Positions 24,666 through 25,282 of a DNA stretch of 25,282 nucleotides are shown here, piece by piece. Within the stretch, counting starts at the first letter, position 1; each line of letters opens with the position of its first letter. Origin of the DNA: Bacteroidota bacterium (lineage in GTDB: Bacteria > Bacteroidota > Ignavibacteria > UBA10030). The notes beneath the pieces were generated by a model. The model searched no databases. It was not told the origin of the DNA and was given only the letters and a program-made list of their open reading frames with translations. The stretch covers positions 1 to 25,282 of the forward strand of contig DASWKY010000083.1 in NCBI GenBank assembly GCA_036396395.1, in the 5' to 3' direction. The position numbers were made by a program, and so were the translations under genes.

Positions 24666-24731
24666 AAAAAACTGAGGAATTTAATGTGCGTTATTGAACC
24701 TTTGTCTCTTTAATGGTTTAGTTATTTTCTC

Positions 24732-24760
24732 TTGAATTTTTCCTTCCTTTTTTGTACACT
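24732..24760 (+). promoter_or_regulatory. Candidate sigma-70 promoter for the ABC ATPase gene
   Basis: TTGAAT-N17-TACACT. Confidence 0.45.
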
Positions 24761-24852
24761 TTTACCGCTTTTCCTCGTCTATAGAGGCGACCGATTCCCG
24801 TGTGCCTGAGGAGCGGCAGTACTCCCGATAACCTGTTGCATCATAACGATAT

Positions 24853-25282
24853 ATGTCAATTTCCGTCCATAATTTAACGAAGTATTACGGTCGCGAAAAA
24901 GCGGTCGCGGATATTTCGTTCGAAGTCAAAACCGGTGAAATTTTGGGATTCCTCGGTCCCAACGGCGCGGGCAAAACCACCACGATGAAGATCGTAACGT
25001 GCTACATGCCGCCAAGCTCAGGAACGGTGGAGGTGGACGGCTATAATATTTTCGACCGCTCGATGGAGGTGCGCCGCAAGATCGGCTACCTGCCGGAAAA
25101 CAATCCTCTCTATTTGGATATGAACGTGGTTGAATACCTCGACTACGCCGCGCGCCTGCACGGGATGAACAGCGAGGCTATCTCCCAACGGCTCAAACTG
25201 ATGGTGGACGTCTGCGGCTTGGGAAGCGTGCGCCATAAAGACATTGGCGAGCTTTCCAAAGGCTACCGCCAGCGCGTCGGTC
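24853..25282 (+). CDS. ABC transporter ATP-binding protein, GldA-like, truncated by the window end
   Basis: Not in the ORF track. Manual translation gives MSISVHNLTKYYG...GPNGAGKTTTM (Walker A)...IGYLPENNPLY...LSKGYRQRVG (signature). Confidence 0.9.
   Translation, partial: MSISVHNLTKYYGREKAVADISFEVKTGEILGFLGPNGAGKTTTMKIVTCYMPPSSGTVEVDGYNIFDRSMEVRRKIGYLPENNPLYLDMNVVEYLDYAARLHGMNSEAISQRLKLMVDVCGLGSVRHKDIGELSKGYRQRVG

Noticed and set aside
24766-24832. Possible structured leader before the ABC ATPase (CCGCT..TCCTC pairing with GAGGAGCGG)
   Set aside because: No match to a riboswitch consensus I can recognise; the pairing is modest and needs covariation data.
413-25236. Numerous antisense or alternate-frame ORFs (e.g. 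413-721, 800-1177, 3458-4171, 9094-9600, 16429-16848, 23789-24337)
   Set aside because: They lie on top of well-supported genes and show no recognisable motifs; typical shadow ORFs.

Overview
This is a gene-dense bacterial window, probably from an Ignavibacteria-like member of the Bacteroidota-Chlorobi lineage (inferred from a T9SS C-terminal sorting domain, a fused E1 alpha/beta dehydrogenase and a GldA-like ABC ATPase). Left part: a DUF4160/DUF2442 pair behind rpsT, an ion-homeostasis block (KtrB/TrkH, KtrA/TrkA, cation:proton antiporter, ClC-CBS) and a sigma-54 two-component system. Centre (10286-18054), the most notable part: three paralogous three-gene cassettes whose products look like the PilV/PilW/PilX (MshD/MshO/MshP) minor-pilin trio. 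All nine lack a normal class III prepilin leader, and for eight of them in-frame stops just upstream show the leader cannot be longer. Each cassette has its own promoter architecture: sigma-54 with one candidate enhancer, sigma-54-like with a different enhancer, and sigma-70. No pilus machinery, major pilin or prepilin peptidase is in the window. Right part: branched-chain keto-acid dehydrogenase-type E1, a DSD1-family PLP enzyme, a YdfG-like SDR, an XRE-S24 (LexA/CI-like) repressor divergent from a PA0069-family radical SAM gene with a candidate operator, several REP/MITE-like elements and a truncated ABC ATPase. No rRNA, tRNA or CRISPR array was seen. All family calls are from motif recognition by eye; no database search was run.
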